A stretch of DNA of 64,000 bases from an uncultured Actinomycetes bacterium (GTDB lineage Bacteria > Actinomycetota > Acidimicrobiia > IMCC26256 > DASPTH01). Of the stretch, positions 46,004 through 56,381 are shown one piece after another. The position numbers were made by a program, and so were the translations under genes. The stretch is from contig CAWJCN010000004.1 in assembly GCA_963841415.1 (NCBI GenBank), positions 319,415-383,414 of the forward strand, given 5' to 3'. Every line of letters begins with the position of its first letter. Positions within the stretch are counted from its first letter, which is position 1. A model generated the notes under the pieces. It worked only from the letters and a program-made list of their open reading frames with translations, was not told the origin of the DNA and made no database searches.

Positions 46004-46546
46004 TCAGCCGCCGTAGTTCATGCGGGTGTCACCCATCGACAACACCGCCGTCTCCTCGTCGAGCTGGAACCCGGAGTCGACGATCTCGCCGAGGAACAGC
46101 GTGTGGCCTCCCAGCTCGACGGTCTGACGCACCTCGCAGTCGACGAACGCGACCGCCTGGTCGAGAATGGGCGTGCCGGTCATGCCGTCGTGGAAGGGAA
46201 ACCCGTTGAGCGTGCGCGCGTCGAGGTCGACGTCGACCGGCTTGGTGAACTTTCGCACGATGGCGCGGTCCTCCTGCGCGACGAGGTTCACGCTGAACAC
46301 ACCGCCGTCGGCGACGAGCTCGTGCGTGAACGCCTCGCGCTCGACGCTCACACCGACGAGCTTCGGATCGAACGACAGCTGGGTGACCCAATTGATCGTC
46401 ATCCCGTTGCGCCGCTCCCCCGCCCGAGAACCGAGGACGTAGAGACCGCTCGGCATCTTCCAGAGGACGCGCCGCCGGAGCTTGTCGTACTCCTCGGCGT
46501 CGTGACCGGCCGGGACCGGCCCGACGATTCCCTGCTGCGTGGGCAT
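46004..46546 (-). CDS. flavin reductase-like FMN-binding domain protein
   Basis: 180 aa. LYVLGSRAGERRNGMTINWVTQLSFDP is typical of the split-barrel flavin reductase family. Confidence 0.75.
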   Translation of the reverse strand: MPTQQGIVGPVPAGHDAEEYDKLRRRVLWKMPSGLYVLGSRAGERRNGMTINWVTQLSFDPKLVGVSVEREAFTHELVADGGVFSVNLVAQEDRAIVRKFTKPVDVDLDARTLNGFPFHDGMTGTPILDQAVAFVDCEVRQTVELGGHTLFLGEIVDSGFQLDEETAVLSMGDTRMNYGG

Positions 46547-46562
46547 GGCGACTCCTCACTCC

Positions 46563-47288
46563 TCACGATCGGGACGACCGGGCGCGGAGCCCGGCAGCGA
46601 GGTCGGCCTCGCGCCGCAACCCGACCTCGAGGGGCAGGTCGAGGGCTGCCCACACCGCGGCCTTGGCCGCGCGCACGGCCGCCGTCGGGCGAGTGACCAC
46701 CGCGTCGGCGCGGGCAACGGTGCGCGCGTGGAGCTCCGCACGCGGGACCACCTCGTCGACGAACCCGCGCGCGAGGGCATCGGCCACGGGGATGCGCTCA
46801 CCAGTGATCACGGCCGCGAGCGCGGCGCTGGTGCCGACGACGCGTGGCAGCGTCTGGCTCGCACCACCAGCCGGAAGCATCCCGACGCGCGCCTCGGGCA
46901 GCGCGACGACGCAGTCGTCGGCCGCGATGCGGAGGTCGCACTGAAGCGCGAGCTCGAACCCGAAGCCGACGGCGTTGCCCTGCATCGACGCCAGCATGGG
47001 GACGGGCACCGCGCGGAGCAGACCCCACACGTCGCGGCCCCAGCGCGCGTCACGCATCGCGAACAACGACGGTGCGGTGCCGAACTCCCTGAGGTCCGCT
47101 CCCGCGGAGAAGTGCTCGCCGGTTGCAGTGAAGACCACGACGCGCACGCCGGGATCGGCGATGACGGCAGTGAGCACCTCGCAGAGCGCGTCGCGCGTGG
47201 CGACGTCGTAGACGTTGATCGGGGGGTGGTCGAACTCGATCTCGGTGATGGCACCCCGCGTCCGCACGTGGAGGCGTTCGTCACCCAC
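46563..47288 (-). CDS. enoyl-CoA hydratase/isomerase family protein
   Basis: GTG at 47288. VVVFTATGEHFSAGADLREF and GNAVGFGFELALQCDLRIA motifs. Confidence 0.8.
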   Translation of the reverse strand: MGDERLHVRTRGAITEIEFDHPPINVYDVATRDALCEVLTAVIADPGVRVVVFTATGEHFSAGADLREFGTAPSLFAMRDARWGRDVWGLLRAVPVPMLASMQGNAVGFGFELALQCDLRIAADDCVVALPEARVGMLPAGGASQTLPRVVGTSAALAAVITGERIPVADALARGFVDEVVPRAELHARTVARADAVVTRPTAAVRAAKAAVWAALDLPLEVGLRREADLAAGLRARSSRS

Positions 47289-48214
47289 CGCGCCGCTCCC
47301 GCGCCAGGAGACGGCCGACCGCGCCCTCGAGCGACACTCGGGCCGAGACCGTGGGTCCGCCGTCGTCACCGCGACGGAGGAGCTCGACCGCGGTGATCGC
47401 GCCGACGAGGCCGGCCACCGGATCCGCCAGCGACGTGCGCGCCAGGCGCGGCGGGTCGTGGCGCGCCGCCCACCCGCCGTGCGCCTCGGCGGCAGGGCCA
47501 TAACCCGGGCGGTCGCTGGCGGCGAACGCGGCGACGCGCAGCACCGCGCGCCGTGGGCCGGATGCCGGCGTTGGCGAGCACCCGCGGAGGATGGCCTTCG
47601 ACGACCAGATCGGCGTGCTCGACGAGCGCGGCGGCGCGGCCGCGGTCGGGCTCGACGCCCAGGTCGAGCGGGACGACCTCTTGACCCACCACCAGGTCGT
47701 CGCGGAGCGGGAAGCGGTCGGGCCGCCCCGGGTGCTCGACCTTCACCACCCGCGCGCCCAGCCGCGCCAGGACCAGACCGACCAGCGGCGTGGCCCATGC
47801 GGTGCCGAAGAGCACCACCGCCGCACCGTCGAGGCGGGACGACGCCACCTCGGGAATCGGGTCCGGGACGGCCGGGGTGGTGCGCACCACGGCAGCCGGC
47901 ACCATCCACGCCGCGGCCTCGGCGTCGATCTGATCGGTCGTGAGCGCGTCGAGCACGGGCCACGACGCGCCCATCGCCGTCACCATGTCGACGAACGACG
48001 ACCACGCGGTCGGTGGACCGGGGTGCACCCACCCGTCGGCCGTGCGGAGCAACGGCGCGGGGACCGGCCACGGCCGTCCCCGGCGCGTCCGCACCGCGAG
48101 GTCGGCACCCGGGCGCGCGACGGGCGGCAACGCGATGCAGAGACGCGCTGCGAGCTCGTCGAGCTCCCGGCGCGCGATCGCGACGCCCGTACGTGACGCG
48201 CAGCGCGTGGTCAT
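47281..48214 (-). CDS. CaiB/BaiF family III CoA-transferase-like protein, frame broken near 47545-47565
   Basis: ATG at 48214 (ATGA overlap with the upstream gene). LARLGARVVKVEHPGRPDRF lies in ORF 47366..48676. The continuation VLRVAAFAASDRPGYGP... lies in ORF 47281..47544. Confidence 0.6.
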
Positions 48215-48966
48215 GAGCCGGTGAACTTCGGCGGCCGCTTCTCGAAGAACGCGGCGATGCCCTCGGTCCGGTCGTCGGTGGTGGAGATCAGGAGGTTGAG
48301 ATCGGACTCGAGCCGGAGCGCGTCCGCGAGGGTGAGGTCGCGCCCGCGGTGCACCGCGTCGCGGGCGGCCGCCTGCGCGCGCGGCGCGCCCCTCGACAGC
48401 TGGTCGGCGAGTGCCTCGGCCCGCGCCGCGGGATCGTCGTCGAGCGCCGCGAGACCGCTCCGCGCGAGCGCGCCGGCGTCGACCGGTTCGCCCAGCACGA
48501 GCAGGCGCAACGCGAGCGCCACACCACCGGCGCGGGTGAGACGCTGCGTGCCTCCCCAGCACGGCAGCTCGCCGTCGCCGACTTCGGGGAATGCCATGGT
48601 TGCCGCCGGGCCGATCACGCGGAGGTCGGCGGCGAGCACCAGCTCGGCGCCGGCACCGACCGCGGGCCCGTTCCACACCGCGATCGTCGGCGCCGGGAAC
48701 CCGGCGAGCAGCGCGGCGGGATCACGCAGACCCGCGGGGGTGGGGATGCGGGGCTCCCGTGCGCCCACGCCGTCGAACGCGCGCACGAGCAGCGCACGCG
48801 GCGGATCCGCCGCGAGGCCGTCGAGCTCGGCCAGGAGACGACCGCACGCGGGGGCGCCGAGATCGGCGAGCGGTCCCGGCGACAGCTCGATCGTCGCGAC
48901 GGCGTTGATGTCGCCTCCCGGTTCAGTCGACGCGCGCGAGCGCATCGACCTCCGCTCGCTCCGCAT
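48211..48966 (-). CDS. enoyl-CoA hydratase/isomerase family protein
   Basis: GPAVGAGAELVLAADLRV and C-terminal TEGIAAFFEKRPPKFTG. Start uncertain. Confidence 0.7.
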   Translation of the reverse strand: MRSERRSMRSRASTEPGGDINAVATIELSPGPLADLGAPACGRLLAELDGLAADPPRALLVRAFDGVGAREPRIPTPAGLRDPAALLAGFPAPTIAVWNGPAVGAGAELVLAADLRVIGPAATMAFPEVGDGELPCWGGTQRLTRAGGVALALRLLVLGEPVDAGALARSGLAALDDDPAARAEALADQLSRGAPRAQAAARDAVHRGRDLTLADALRLESDLNLLISTTDDRTEGIAAFFEKRPPKFTGS

Positions 48967-49855
48967 CGGTCAACTTCCATGCGGCGGTGGCAGCCGCGTT
49001 GGTACGCACCTGCTCGGGCGTCGTGGCACCCGCGATCACGCTGCCGACGCCCGGGGTGCCGGCCAGCCACGACAGCGCGAGCTCCACCAGCGTGTGCCCG
49101 TGGGCCTCGGCGTACTCGGTGAGCCGCTCCACGACCTCGAACTTCTCCTCGTTGGCGAATTCGGCCGCCATCGGGCCCCACGCGGCGAGCCGTGATCCCT
49201 CGGGGTGGTCCTCCCCGCGGCGGTACTTGCCGGTGAGCATCCCGCTGGCGAGCGGGAAGTAGGGCATGAGCACGACGTCGAGACGCCGGCACACGGGCAG
49301 CACGTCGTCTTCCACGGAGCGATTGAGGAGGCTGAAGTCGTTCTGCGCGTTCACGAAGCGCGGGACACCGAGCTCCGTGGACACCTGCTCCGCCTCCTCG
49401 AGCTGCGCGCCGCTGAAGTTGGAGCAGCCGATCTCGAGCACCTTGCCCGCGGCCACGAGCTTGGCGAAGGCCGAGAGCGTCTCGCCGATGGGCGTGTGCG
49501 GATCCGGCGTGTGCAGCAGGTAGAGATCGATGTGGTCGGTGCCCAGGCGGGCCAGGCTCTCGTCGCAGCGCTTCGTGACGTAGGGCTCGCTCCCGCCCTG
49601 CTCGCCCTCGGGCACCTGCATCCCCACCTTGGTGGTGATCACCGCGTCGCGACGCCGAGCGCCGAGCGCCCGACCGAGGAACTCCTCCGAGCGACCCTTG
49701 CCGTAGATGTCGGCGGTGTCGAAGTGGTTCACGCCGACCTCGAGGGCGGCGTCGACCACCAGCTTCGACGCGTCGGCGTCGATCCGCATGCCGAAGTTGT
49801 TGCACCCGAGGCCGGCCAGCGACACCTCGAGGTTGCCCACCTTGCGCATCTCCAT
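48923..49855 (-). CDS. aldo/keto reductase
   Basis: ATG at 49855 (MEMRKVGNLEVS). NHFDTADIYG, IDLYLLHTPD, IGCSNF motifs. Confidence 0.85.
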   Translation of the reverse strand: MEMRKVGNLEVSLAGLGCNNFGMRIDADASKLVVDAALEVGVNHFDTADIYGKGRSEEFLGRALGARRRDAVITTKVGMQVPEGEQGGSEPYVTKRCDESLARLGTDHIDLYLLHTPDPHTPIGETLSAFAKLVAAGKVLEIGCSNFSGAQLEEAEQVSTELGVPRFVNAQNDFSLLNRSVEDDVLPVCRRLDVVLMPYFPLASGMLTGKYRRGEDHPEGSRLAAWGPMAAEFANEEKFEVVERLTEYAEAHGHTLVELALSWLAGTPGVGSVIAGATTPEQVRTNAAATAAWKLTDAERAEVDALARVD

Positions 49856-49977
49856 CGGTCGTCTCCTCGGCGTCGTCGTCCCGCAGCGGGTTGCGGCTGC
49901 CCACGCTACCGCCACCGGCCCGATCGAGGCCCGAGCCGATGTCGCGCGGGAGCCGGGTACCGTCGGCTCCGGTGGAC

Positions 49978-50416
49978 ATGTCCCGATCGTTCGCGCCGTT
50001 CCGGCACCGTCGCTTCGCGCTGCTGTGGGCGGGGGCGTTCGTCTCGAACATCGGCACGTGGATGGAGACGGTCGGGGTGGGCATCCTGGTGACCACCGAG
50101 ACCGGGAAGGCGGGTTGGACCGGTCTCGTGGCCGCGGCTCCGCGGGCGGGTGGTCAGCGTGCTGATGATGTTGATCGGCTCGCTCTACCCGATCGGCAGC
50201 ATTGCGCAGGGCGCGATCGCCGACGAGATCGGGCTGCGGGCCACCACCACCGCCGCGGCCGTGCTGCTCGGCGGGCTGCTGCTGGTCTGGCGGCTGCTGC
50301 GGCCGCGCGCCGCCGACGCCATCGGCGACAGCGTCACCACTGCGATGATCAGGGCCGACGTGGTGGTCACCGAGTCGGCCGAACCGGCCCACGCGCGACA
50401 CTGGGAAGGTGGCTGA
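49978..50416 (+). pseudogene. MFS transporter remnant with large internal deletion
   Basis: N-terminus MSRSFAPFRHRRFALLWAGAFVSNIGTWMETVGVGILV (ORF 49891.. frame) is joined within ~440 bp to the C-terminal piece VSVLMMLIGSLYPIGSIAQGAIADEIGLR (ORF 50150..50416). A full MFS needs about 1.2 kb. Confidence 0.6.
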
Positions 50417-51161
50417 TCAGGCGACCCGTCGCGCCCGCCGGCTCTCCCTGGAGCTGAAGTACGCCGCGATCGCCGTCTCCATCGTCGGGCTCTTCGTGAT
50501 CCTGCACGCGGCGGGCGCGTTCCGGGGCGTGAACGACACCGTCAACGACGGCGTGAACCGACTCCTCGGCCTCGGGATCATCGGTCTCTTCCTGATCGCG
50601 CTGGTCGCGAACCTGTCGATCCTGGTGCAGATCCCCTACACGCTGCCGTTGCTCTCCGCTGCGCTCGGCGGTGCCAGCCTGCAGAGCGTGATGGGGCTCG
50701 GCCTCGCCTCGGGACTGGGTGCCGGCATCGGCGCGGTGGCGTCGTACAAGGTGGCGGACGCGCTCGTCACGAAGAGCCAGGGGACGCCGGACGGCCGGCT
50801 CTTCCGCTGGATCGGCCGCAACGTCGACGACCGGCCGCGCGCCACCTCGTTCGTCATCTTCCTGATCGGGCTCTCGCCCCTGCCCGACGGCGCGGTGGTC
50901 GTGCCCCTCGCCGTCGTCCGCTACGGCATGCGCCGGCTCGCGGTGCCGCTCTTCCTGGGGAAGCTGGGCCACAACCTGCTCCTGGCCCTCCTCTTCTACG
51001 GGTTCGCTTCGTGGTCCGCGGAGCACGTGTCGCAGAAGTCGAGCACCGAGCTCGCCCTCCTGGTCGCGGTCCTCTTCATGGTGCTGGTCGGCTACCACGC
51101 CGAGAAGGCGCGGACCTCGATGCGAGCGGCCGAGGCGACCGGCTCCGAACCGGCGCTCTGA
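50409..51161 (+). CDS. DedA/VTT-domain-like membrane protein
   Basis: 250 aa, multi-TM. Family assignment tentative. Confidence 0.5.
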   Translation: MADQATRRARRLSLELKYAAIAVSIVGLFVILHAAGAFRGVNDTVNDGVNRLLGLGIIGLFLIALVANLSILVQIPYTLPLLSAALGGASLQSVMGLGLASGLGAGIGAVASYKVADALVTKSQGTPDGRLFRWIGRNVDDRPRATSFVIFLIGLSPLPDGAVVVPLAVVRYGMRRLAVPLFLGKLGHNLLLALLFYGFASWSAEHVSQKSSTELALLVAVLFMVLVGYHAEKARTSMRAAEATGSEPAL

Positions 51162-51232
51162 CCCCGGCGCCCTGACCGCGGCTCGATCGAGCGGTGTGAT
51201 CGCGGGAGCAACTGCTCCTAGAATATCCGCTC

Positions 51233-52021
51233 ATGGGAAGCGCGGGCCCTGCGTCCACGGTGGGCGAGCCGGAGATCCGGGTCGAGGAGCTGGCCCGGCG
51301 CGCCGACGTCTCGGTCGACACCATCCGCTTCTACCAGAAGCGCCAGCTGCTCCCGCCGCCGCGCCGGGCCGGGCGCATCGCGTGGTACGGGATCGACCAC
51401 GTCGAGCGACTCCAGCGCATCAAGGACCTCCAGCGCGACGGCTTCTCGCTCGCCGTCATCCGGCGGCTGCTCGCCGGTGAGCTCGACGCCGCCGACGCGC
51501 CGCTCGCGGCCGCGGTCGCCGGCGCGCAGATCGGTGACGCCGAGCTCCTCACCCTCGACGAGCTCGCGGCCCGCGTCGGCGTGCCCGCGCCCCTGCTCGA
51601 CGCAGTGGCCCGTGAGGGTCTCATCGTGGCGCAGCAGCGCGGTGGCGCGTCGGGCTACACGGCCGCCGACGCCGACGTGCTGCGCGCGGGCCTGCGACTG
51701 CTCGAAGCGGGCTTCCCGCTCCCCGATCTGCTCGCGCTGGCACGCCGCCATCACGACGCGACGCGCGCGATCGCTACCGACGCGGTCGAGATGTTCGACG
51801 CGCACGTGCGTCATCCGATCCAGGCCAGCGACCTCGACGAGGACGAGAAGGCCGAGCGCCTGGTCGAGGCGTTCCGCACCCTGCTGCCGACCGTCACCAC
51901 GCTGGTCGCCAACCACTTCCGCAGCGTGCTCCTGGAGATCGCGCAGGAGCACCTCGAGGCGGTCGGCGACGCGCGCGAGCTCGCGGCGGCGCGCGGCGAA
52001 CCCGGTTGGGACCGCGCGTGA
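51233..52021 (+). CDS. MerR-family transcriptional regulator
   Basis: IRVEELARRADVSVDTIRFYQKRQLLPPP HTH. A second MerR-like repeat follows (LTLDELAARVGVPAPLL). Confidence 0.8.
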   Translation: MGSAGPASTVGEPEIRVEELARRADVSVDTIRFYQKRQLLPPPRRAGRIAWYGIDHVERLQRIKDLQRDGFSLAVIRRLLAGELDAADAPLAAAVAGAQIGDAELLTLDELAARVGVPAPLLDAVAREGLIVAQQRGGASGYTAADADVLRAGLRLLEAGFPLPDLLALARRHHDATRAIATDAVEMFDAHVRHPIQASDLDEDEKAERLVEAFRTLLPTVTTLVANHFRSVLLEIAQEHLEAVGDARELAAARGEPGWDRA

Positions 52022-52710
52022 AGGCGGGCGCGCTGCCGCAGGGCGACGCCAAGCACGACGCGGTCGAGGGCATGTTCGACCGGCTCGCGCCGCGCTACGA
52101 CCGCATGAACCGCATCATCTCGCTCGGACTCGACCGTCGGTGGCGGCGCCACACGGTCGACGAGCTCGGCGCCCCGCCCCGCGCGCGCGTCCTCGACCTC
52201 GCGTGCGGGACCGGCGACCTGTGCCGCGACCTCGCGGCTCGCGGCTACGCGCCGATCGGGGTCGACTTCTCCGCCGGGATGCTGGCCGCGGCGCAGGTGG
52301 ATTCTCCGCTCGTGCGCGGCGACGGCGCCGCGCTCCCGGTCGCCACCGGGAGCTTCGACGCGGTCACGTGCGGATTCGCGCTGCGCAACTTCGTCGACCT
52401 CGACCGGGTCTTCACGGAGTGTGCTCGCGCGCTGCGCCCCGGCGGCCGCTTCGCCGCCCTCGACGCGACCGTCCCCACCAATCCCGTCCTGCGGGCCGGC
52501 AACGCGGTGTGGTTCCGGGGCGCGGTGCCCCTGCTCGGGCGGGTCGTCGCCCACGACCCCGAGGCGTACCGCTACCTCCCGGAGAGCACCGCGTACCTGC
52601 CGCCGGCCGCCGAGCTCGTCCGTCGCCTCGACCTCGCGGGGTTCCGCGAGGTGCGCCACACCACGTTCACGGGCGGCTCGGTGCTGCTGCTCACCGGGAC
52701 GCGCGTGTGA
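52006..52710 (+). CDS. menG: demethylmenaquinone methyltransferase (UbiE/MenG class)
   Basis: MFDRLAPRYDRMNRIISLGLDRRWRR, SAM motif VLDLACGTGD, FALRNF. Overlaps the MerR gene end; start uncertain. Confidence 0.85.
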   Translation: MGPRVKAGALPQGDAKHDAVEGMFDRLAPRYDRMNRIISLGLDRRWRRHTVDELGAPPRARVLDLACGTGDLCRDLAARGYAPIGVDFSAGMLAAAQVDSPLVRGDGAALPVATGSFDAVTCGFALRNFVDLDRVFTECARALRPGGRFAALDATVPTNPVLRAGNAVWFRGAVPLLGRVVAHDPEAYRYLPESTAYLPPAAELVRRLDLAGFREVRHTTFTGGSVLLLTGTRV

Positions 52711-53883
52711 CCACCACGCCCGTCCCCGCCCGCCTCCATGCGGTGACCCGCGAAGTCGACGCGAGCGACGACGCCCTGCACGAGTTCGACGCCCACGGCT
52801 TCGCGTGGGTGCACCACGGCACGCGCCTGGTCGCGTCGGGCGTCGCGGCGAGGCTCGTACCCGCCGACTCGGCAATGGTGCTCGCCGGGGTCGACGCCGA
52901 CGACCCGCTCGGACTCCCCGGCACCGGGGCGGTCGCGGTGGGCGCGCTCCCCTTCGACCCCGGCGAGCCCGGTGAGCTGGTGGTGCCGGCCCGGGTCCAC
53001 GGCACCCGTGACGGGCGCGCCTGGATCACCGAGATCGGTCCCGGCGAATCCGGCTCCACGGTGGCGACCGCCCCACCCACGCGGTTCCACGTCGCGGCGC
53101 CGCGCACTCGCGTCGAGTGGCGGAGCGCGGTCGAGCGCGCGCTCGGGGCCATCGCCACCGGTGAACTCGAGAAGGTCGTGCTCGCGCGTGGAAGTCGTGG
53201 TCGAAGCCGACACCCCGTTCGACGCGCGCGAGATCGTGCGCGGGCTCGTCGCGAGCCAGCCCGGTTCGATCGTCTACGCGAGCACGGGATTCGTGGGCGC
53301 CAGCCCCGAACTGCTCGTGCGGCGCGAGGGTGACGTCGTCGAGTCACGTCCCGTCGCCGGCACCACCGTCGCCGACAGCGACGAAGCGCTGCTCGCATTG
53401 GCCGCGTCGGTCAAGGACACGCGTGAGCACCGCTACGTCGTCGACGGCATCGTCGACGTGCTCGCGGCCCGCTGCACCGAACTGCACGCCGACGCCACCC
53501 CCGAGGTCGCGGTGTTCGGACCCGTCGCCCACCTCGCCACCCCCATCCGCGGCCGCCTCGCTCTCCCCGCGCCGACCGCGCTCGACGTGGCGCGGCTGCT
53601 GCACCCCACCCCGGCGGTCGGTGGCACACCCCGCCGGGCTGCGCTCGACGCCATCCGCGCCCTCGAGGGCTTCGACCGAGGCCGCTACGCGGGACCGGTC
53701 GGTTGGGTCGACGCCCGCGGCGACGGCGAATGGGCCATCGCCCTGCGGGGGGCGGAGCTCGACGGCGCCCGGGCCCGGCTGGTGGCGGGCGCGGGCATCG
53801 TGGCGGGTTCCGATCCCGAGGCCGAGTGGGCCGAGACCCAGGCCAAACTCGAGCCCATGCTGCGCGCCCTCGTCCGTCCCTGA
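52707..53883 (+). CDS. menF: isochorismate synthase, frame broken near 53185-53195
   Basis: GTGA overlap with the menG stop. N-terminal part runs to GELEKVVLAR in the ORF 51477..53333 frame. The rest (EVVVEADTPFD...GGTP...GRYAGPVGW...AGAGIVAGSDPEAEW) is in ORF 52972..53883. Confidence 0.8.
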
Positions 53884-53929
53884 GGCTCCCGCCGCCGATT
53901 CAGTGTTCCGTGGAACACCTCTGACGTGC

Positions 53930-55639
53930 TCAACCGTGCAATGAATGCTCCACAGCCGCCCAGACCTCGCGGTGACGAGTCACGTTGACGTCACGGTCGG
54001 TGCGCACGCGCACGACCTGCACGCCGCGGCCGTCGACGGCGGCGAGCACGGCGGGTTCGAGCTCGGCGGCGGCGCCGACCTCGGTGACCGGGATGCCGTG
54101 CACACCGGCGAGCGCGGCCACATCGACAGGTTGGGGCGTGCCGAAGAGGGCCTCGAAGTGCTCCGGGAGCTCGGCCGGGGGCAGGAACGAGAAGATGCCT
54201 CCGCCACCGTTGTCGACGACGACGAAGGTGGTGTCGAGACCGCGGTCGCGCGCGCCGAGGAGCCCGTTGGCGTCGTGGAGGAAGCACAGATCACCGAGCA
54301 GCGCGATCGTGGGACCGTCCGAGGCGGCGGCCACCCCGAGTGCCGTCGACACGAACCCGTCGATGCCATTGGCGCCGCGGTTGGCATGGAACACGAGACC
54401 GTCGCGCGCGGCAGCGAAGCTCTCGACGTCACGCACCGGCATGCTCGACGCGACGACCAGCGACGCGCCTTCGGGCGACGTGCGCACCACGTCGCGCGCG
54501 ATGCGTCCTTCGAACGGCTCGTCCCATCCGTCGACGAGCGTGTCGACCGCGCTGCGGGCCGCGTCGTCGGCGTCTCGCCAGACGCGCACCCACTCGTCGT
54601 CGACCAGCACGTCGACCGCGTCGGCCAGCGCGCCGAGCAGCAGCTCGGGATCCGCGACCATGCGGCCGCTCATCGCGTGCTGTGGATCGAGCCACGTGCC
54701 GTCGGGGTCGACGAGCACCTGGTCGACGGCCGGATCGAGCCACTGCGTGAGCGGCTTGTTGGTCGTCGGACCTCCGACGCGCAGCACGACGTCCGCGCGG
54801 TGTGCGTCGGCGAACGTCGGCACCCGCAGCAGAGGGTCGTAGGCGGCGACGGTGCCGGGTACCCGCAGGTTGGACAGCGGATCGGCGAGCACCGGCCACC
54901 CCGCGACCTCCGCGAAGCGGAGTGCGGTCGCGGCCCGCACACCGGCACCCCACCCGGCGACCACCAGGCCGCGCGGCCGGTCGGCCACAAGATGGGCGAG
55001 CGCGTCGAGCAGCTCCACGGAGGGCGCGCGCACGCCCGGCGCGGTCGCGGTCCAGGGCCGGTCGTCCGAGCGCCCGGGCGCGTCGACGACGGGCTCGCCG
55101 GTCGGGACCAACGGCTCGCGGAACGGCAGGTTGAGGTGGACCGGTCCTGCGGGCGGGCCTGCCGCGGTGGCGACCGCGCGCGACGCGAGCGCACGCCACT
55201 CCGGACCCACCCCGGGCCGGTCACGCGGCACCTCCGGCTCGTGGAACCAGCGGACGGCGGCGCCGAACAGCTTCACCTGCTCGACGGTCTGCCCCGCGCC
55301 GGTGTCACGCAACTCCGGGGGACGATCGGCCGTGCACACGATCATCGGCACGCGAGCATGGTGGGCTTCGAGCACGGCGGGATGGAAGTTGGCGGCGGCG
55401 GTGCCCGACGTGCACAGCACCACCGCGGGACGTCCAGTCGCGCGGGCGATCCCGAGCGCGAAGAACGACGCCGACCGCTCGTCGAGATGCACGTGCACGC
55501 GCACCCGATCGTCGTCAGCGAGCGCCAACGCCAGTGGCGCGGATCGTGAGCCCGGTGCGAGGCACGCGTCGGAGACACCGTGGCGTGCCCACTCGTCGAC
55601 CAGCGTGCGCGCGAAAGCGGTGGTTGCGTCGCGGCTCAT
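53930..55639 (-). CDS. menD: 2-succinyl-5-enolpyruvyl-6-hydroxy-3-cyclohexene-1-carboxylate synthase
   Basis: 569 aa ThDP enzyme. PGSRSAPLALAL, CTSGTAAANFHPAVLEA, GDLCFLHD motifs. Confidence 0.9.
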   Translation of the reverse strand: MSRDATTAFARTLVDEWARHGVSDACLAPGSRSAPLALALADDDRVRVHVHLDERSASFFALGIARATGRPAVVLCTSGTAAANFHPAVLEAHHARVPMIVCTADRPPELRDTGAGQTVEQVKLFGAAVRWFHEPEVPRDRPGVGPEWRALASRAVATAAGPPAGPVHLNLPFREPLVPTGEPVVDAPGRSDDRPWTATAPGVRAPSVELLDALAHLVADRPRGLVVAGWGAGVRAATALRFAEVAGWPVLADPLSNLRVPGTVAAYDPLLRVPTFADAHRADVVLRVGGPTTNKPLTQWLDPAVDQVLVDPDGTWLDPQHAMSGRMVADPELLLGALADAVDVLVDDEWVRVWRDADDAARSAVDTLVDGWDEPFEGRIARDVVRTSPEGASLVVASSMPVRDVESFAAARDGLVFHANRGANGIDGFVSTALGVAAASDGPTIALLGDLCFLHDANGLLGARDRGLDTTFVVVDNGGGGIFSFLPPAELPEHFEALFGTPQPVDVAALAGVHGIPVTEVGAAAELEPAVLAAVDGRGVQVVRVRTDRDVNVTRHREVWAAVEHSLHG

Positions 55640-55653
55640 GGAACACTCTCCCG

Positions 55654-56367
55654 GTGGACGCGGAAGCCGTGGTGTTCGTCGACGGGTTCACGCAGGCCGT
55701 CGGCGCCTGGACCGTCGCCGCGCCCGATCACCCGGCCGCGCGCTTGTACCTCGGGCCGCCGGTCGGCGCGACCTTCGAGGAGGCGGCGTTCAACCTCGGG
55801 TGGTCGACGAGCTTCCTCGAACCCGAGCAGCGGCTCGAGCGCACCGACTACGTCGGGTACTCGCAGGGCGGTCGGCTGTGCCTGCAGCTCGCGCTCGACC
55901 GGCCTGCCGTGGTGCACCGGCTGGTGTTGGTGAGCGCGTCGCCAGGGATCGCCGACCCGCGCGAACGCGCCGCGTGCCGCGAGGCTGACGAGCTCCTGGC
56001 GCAGGGGATCGAGCGCGACGGCGTCGATGCGTTCCTCGAACGCTGGCTCGCGCAGCCGCTCTTCGCGACGCTGCCCCGGGAGCGCGCCGGGATCGACGAG
56101 CGGCGGGCGCACAACACCGTCGACTCGCTCACCTACCAGCTGCGCGTCCTCGGGCAGGGCTCGCAGCCGTCGAACTGGGACCGGCTCGGCGAGCTGCGAA
56201 TGCCGGTGCTGCTGATCGCAGGCGAGCTCGACACCAAGTACGTCGACGTCGCCCGCCGGATGGCCGAACGGATCACCGACGCGCGCGTCGAGGTGGTCCC
56301 CGACGCGGGGCACGCGTGTCATCTCGAGCAGCCCGAACACGTGGCTGACCTGCTCGCCAACTTCTGA
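55654..56367 (+). CDS. menH: alpha/beta hydrolase, probable SHCHC synthase
   Basis: men-cluster context. GYSQGGRLCLQLAL nucleophile elbow, DAGHACHLEQPE. The N-terminus is atypical and the start (GTG 55654) is uncertain. Confidence 0.6.
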   Translation: MDAEAVVFVDGFTQAVGAWTVAAPDHPAARLYLGPPVGATFEEAAFNLGWSTSFLEPEQRLERTDYVGYSQGGRLCLQLALDRPAVVHRLVLVSASPGIADPRERAACREADELLAQGIERDGVDAFLERWLAQPLFATLPRERAGIDERRAHNTVDSLTYQLRVLGQGSQPSNWDRLGELRMPVLLIAGELDTKYVDVARRMAERITDARVEVVPDAGHACHLEQPEHVADLLANF

Positions 56368-56381
56368 TCGGGTCGATGCCT

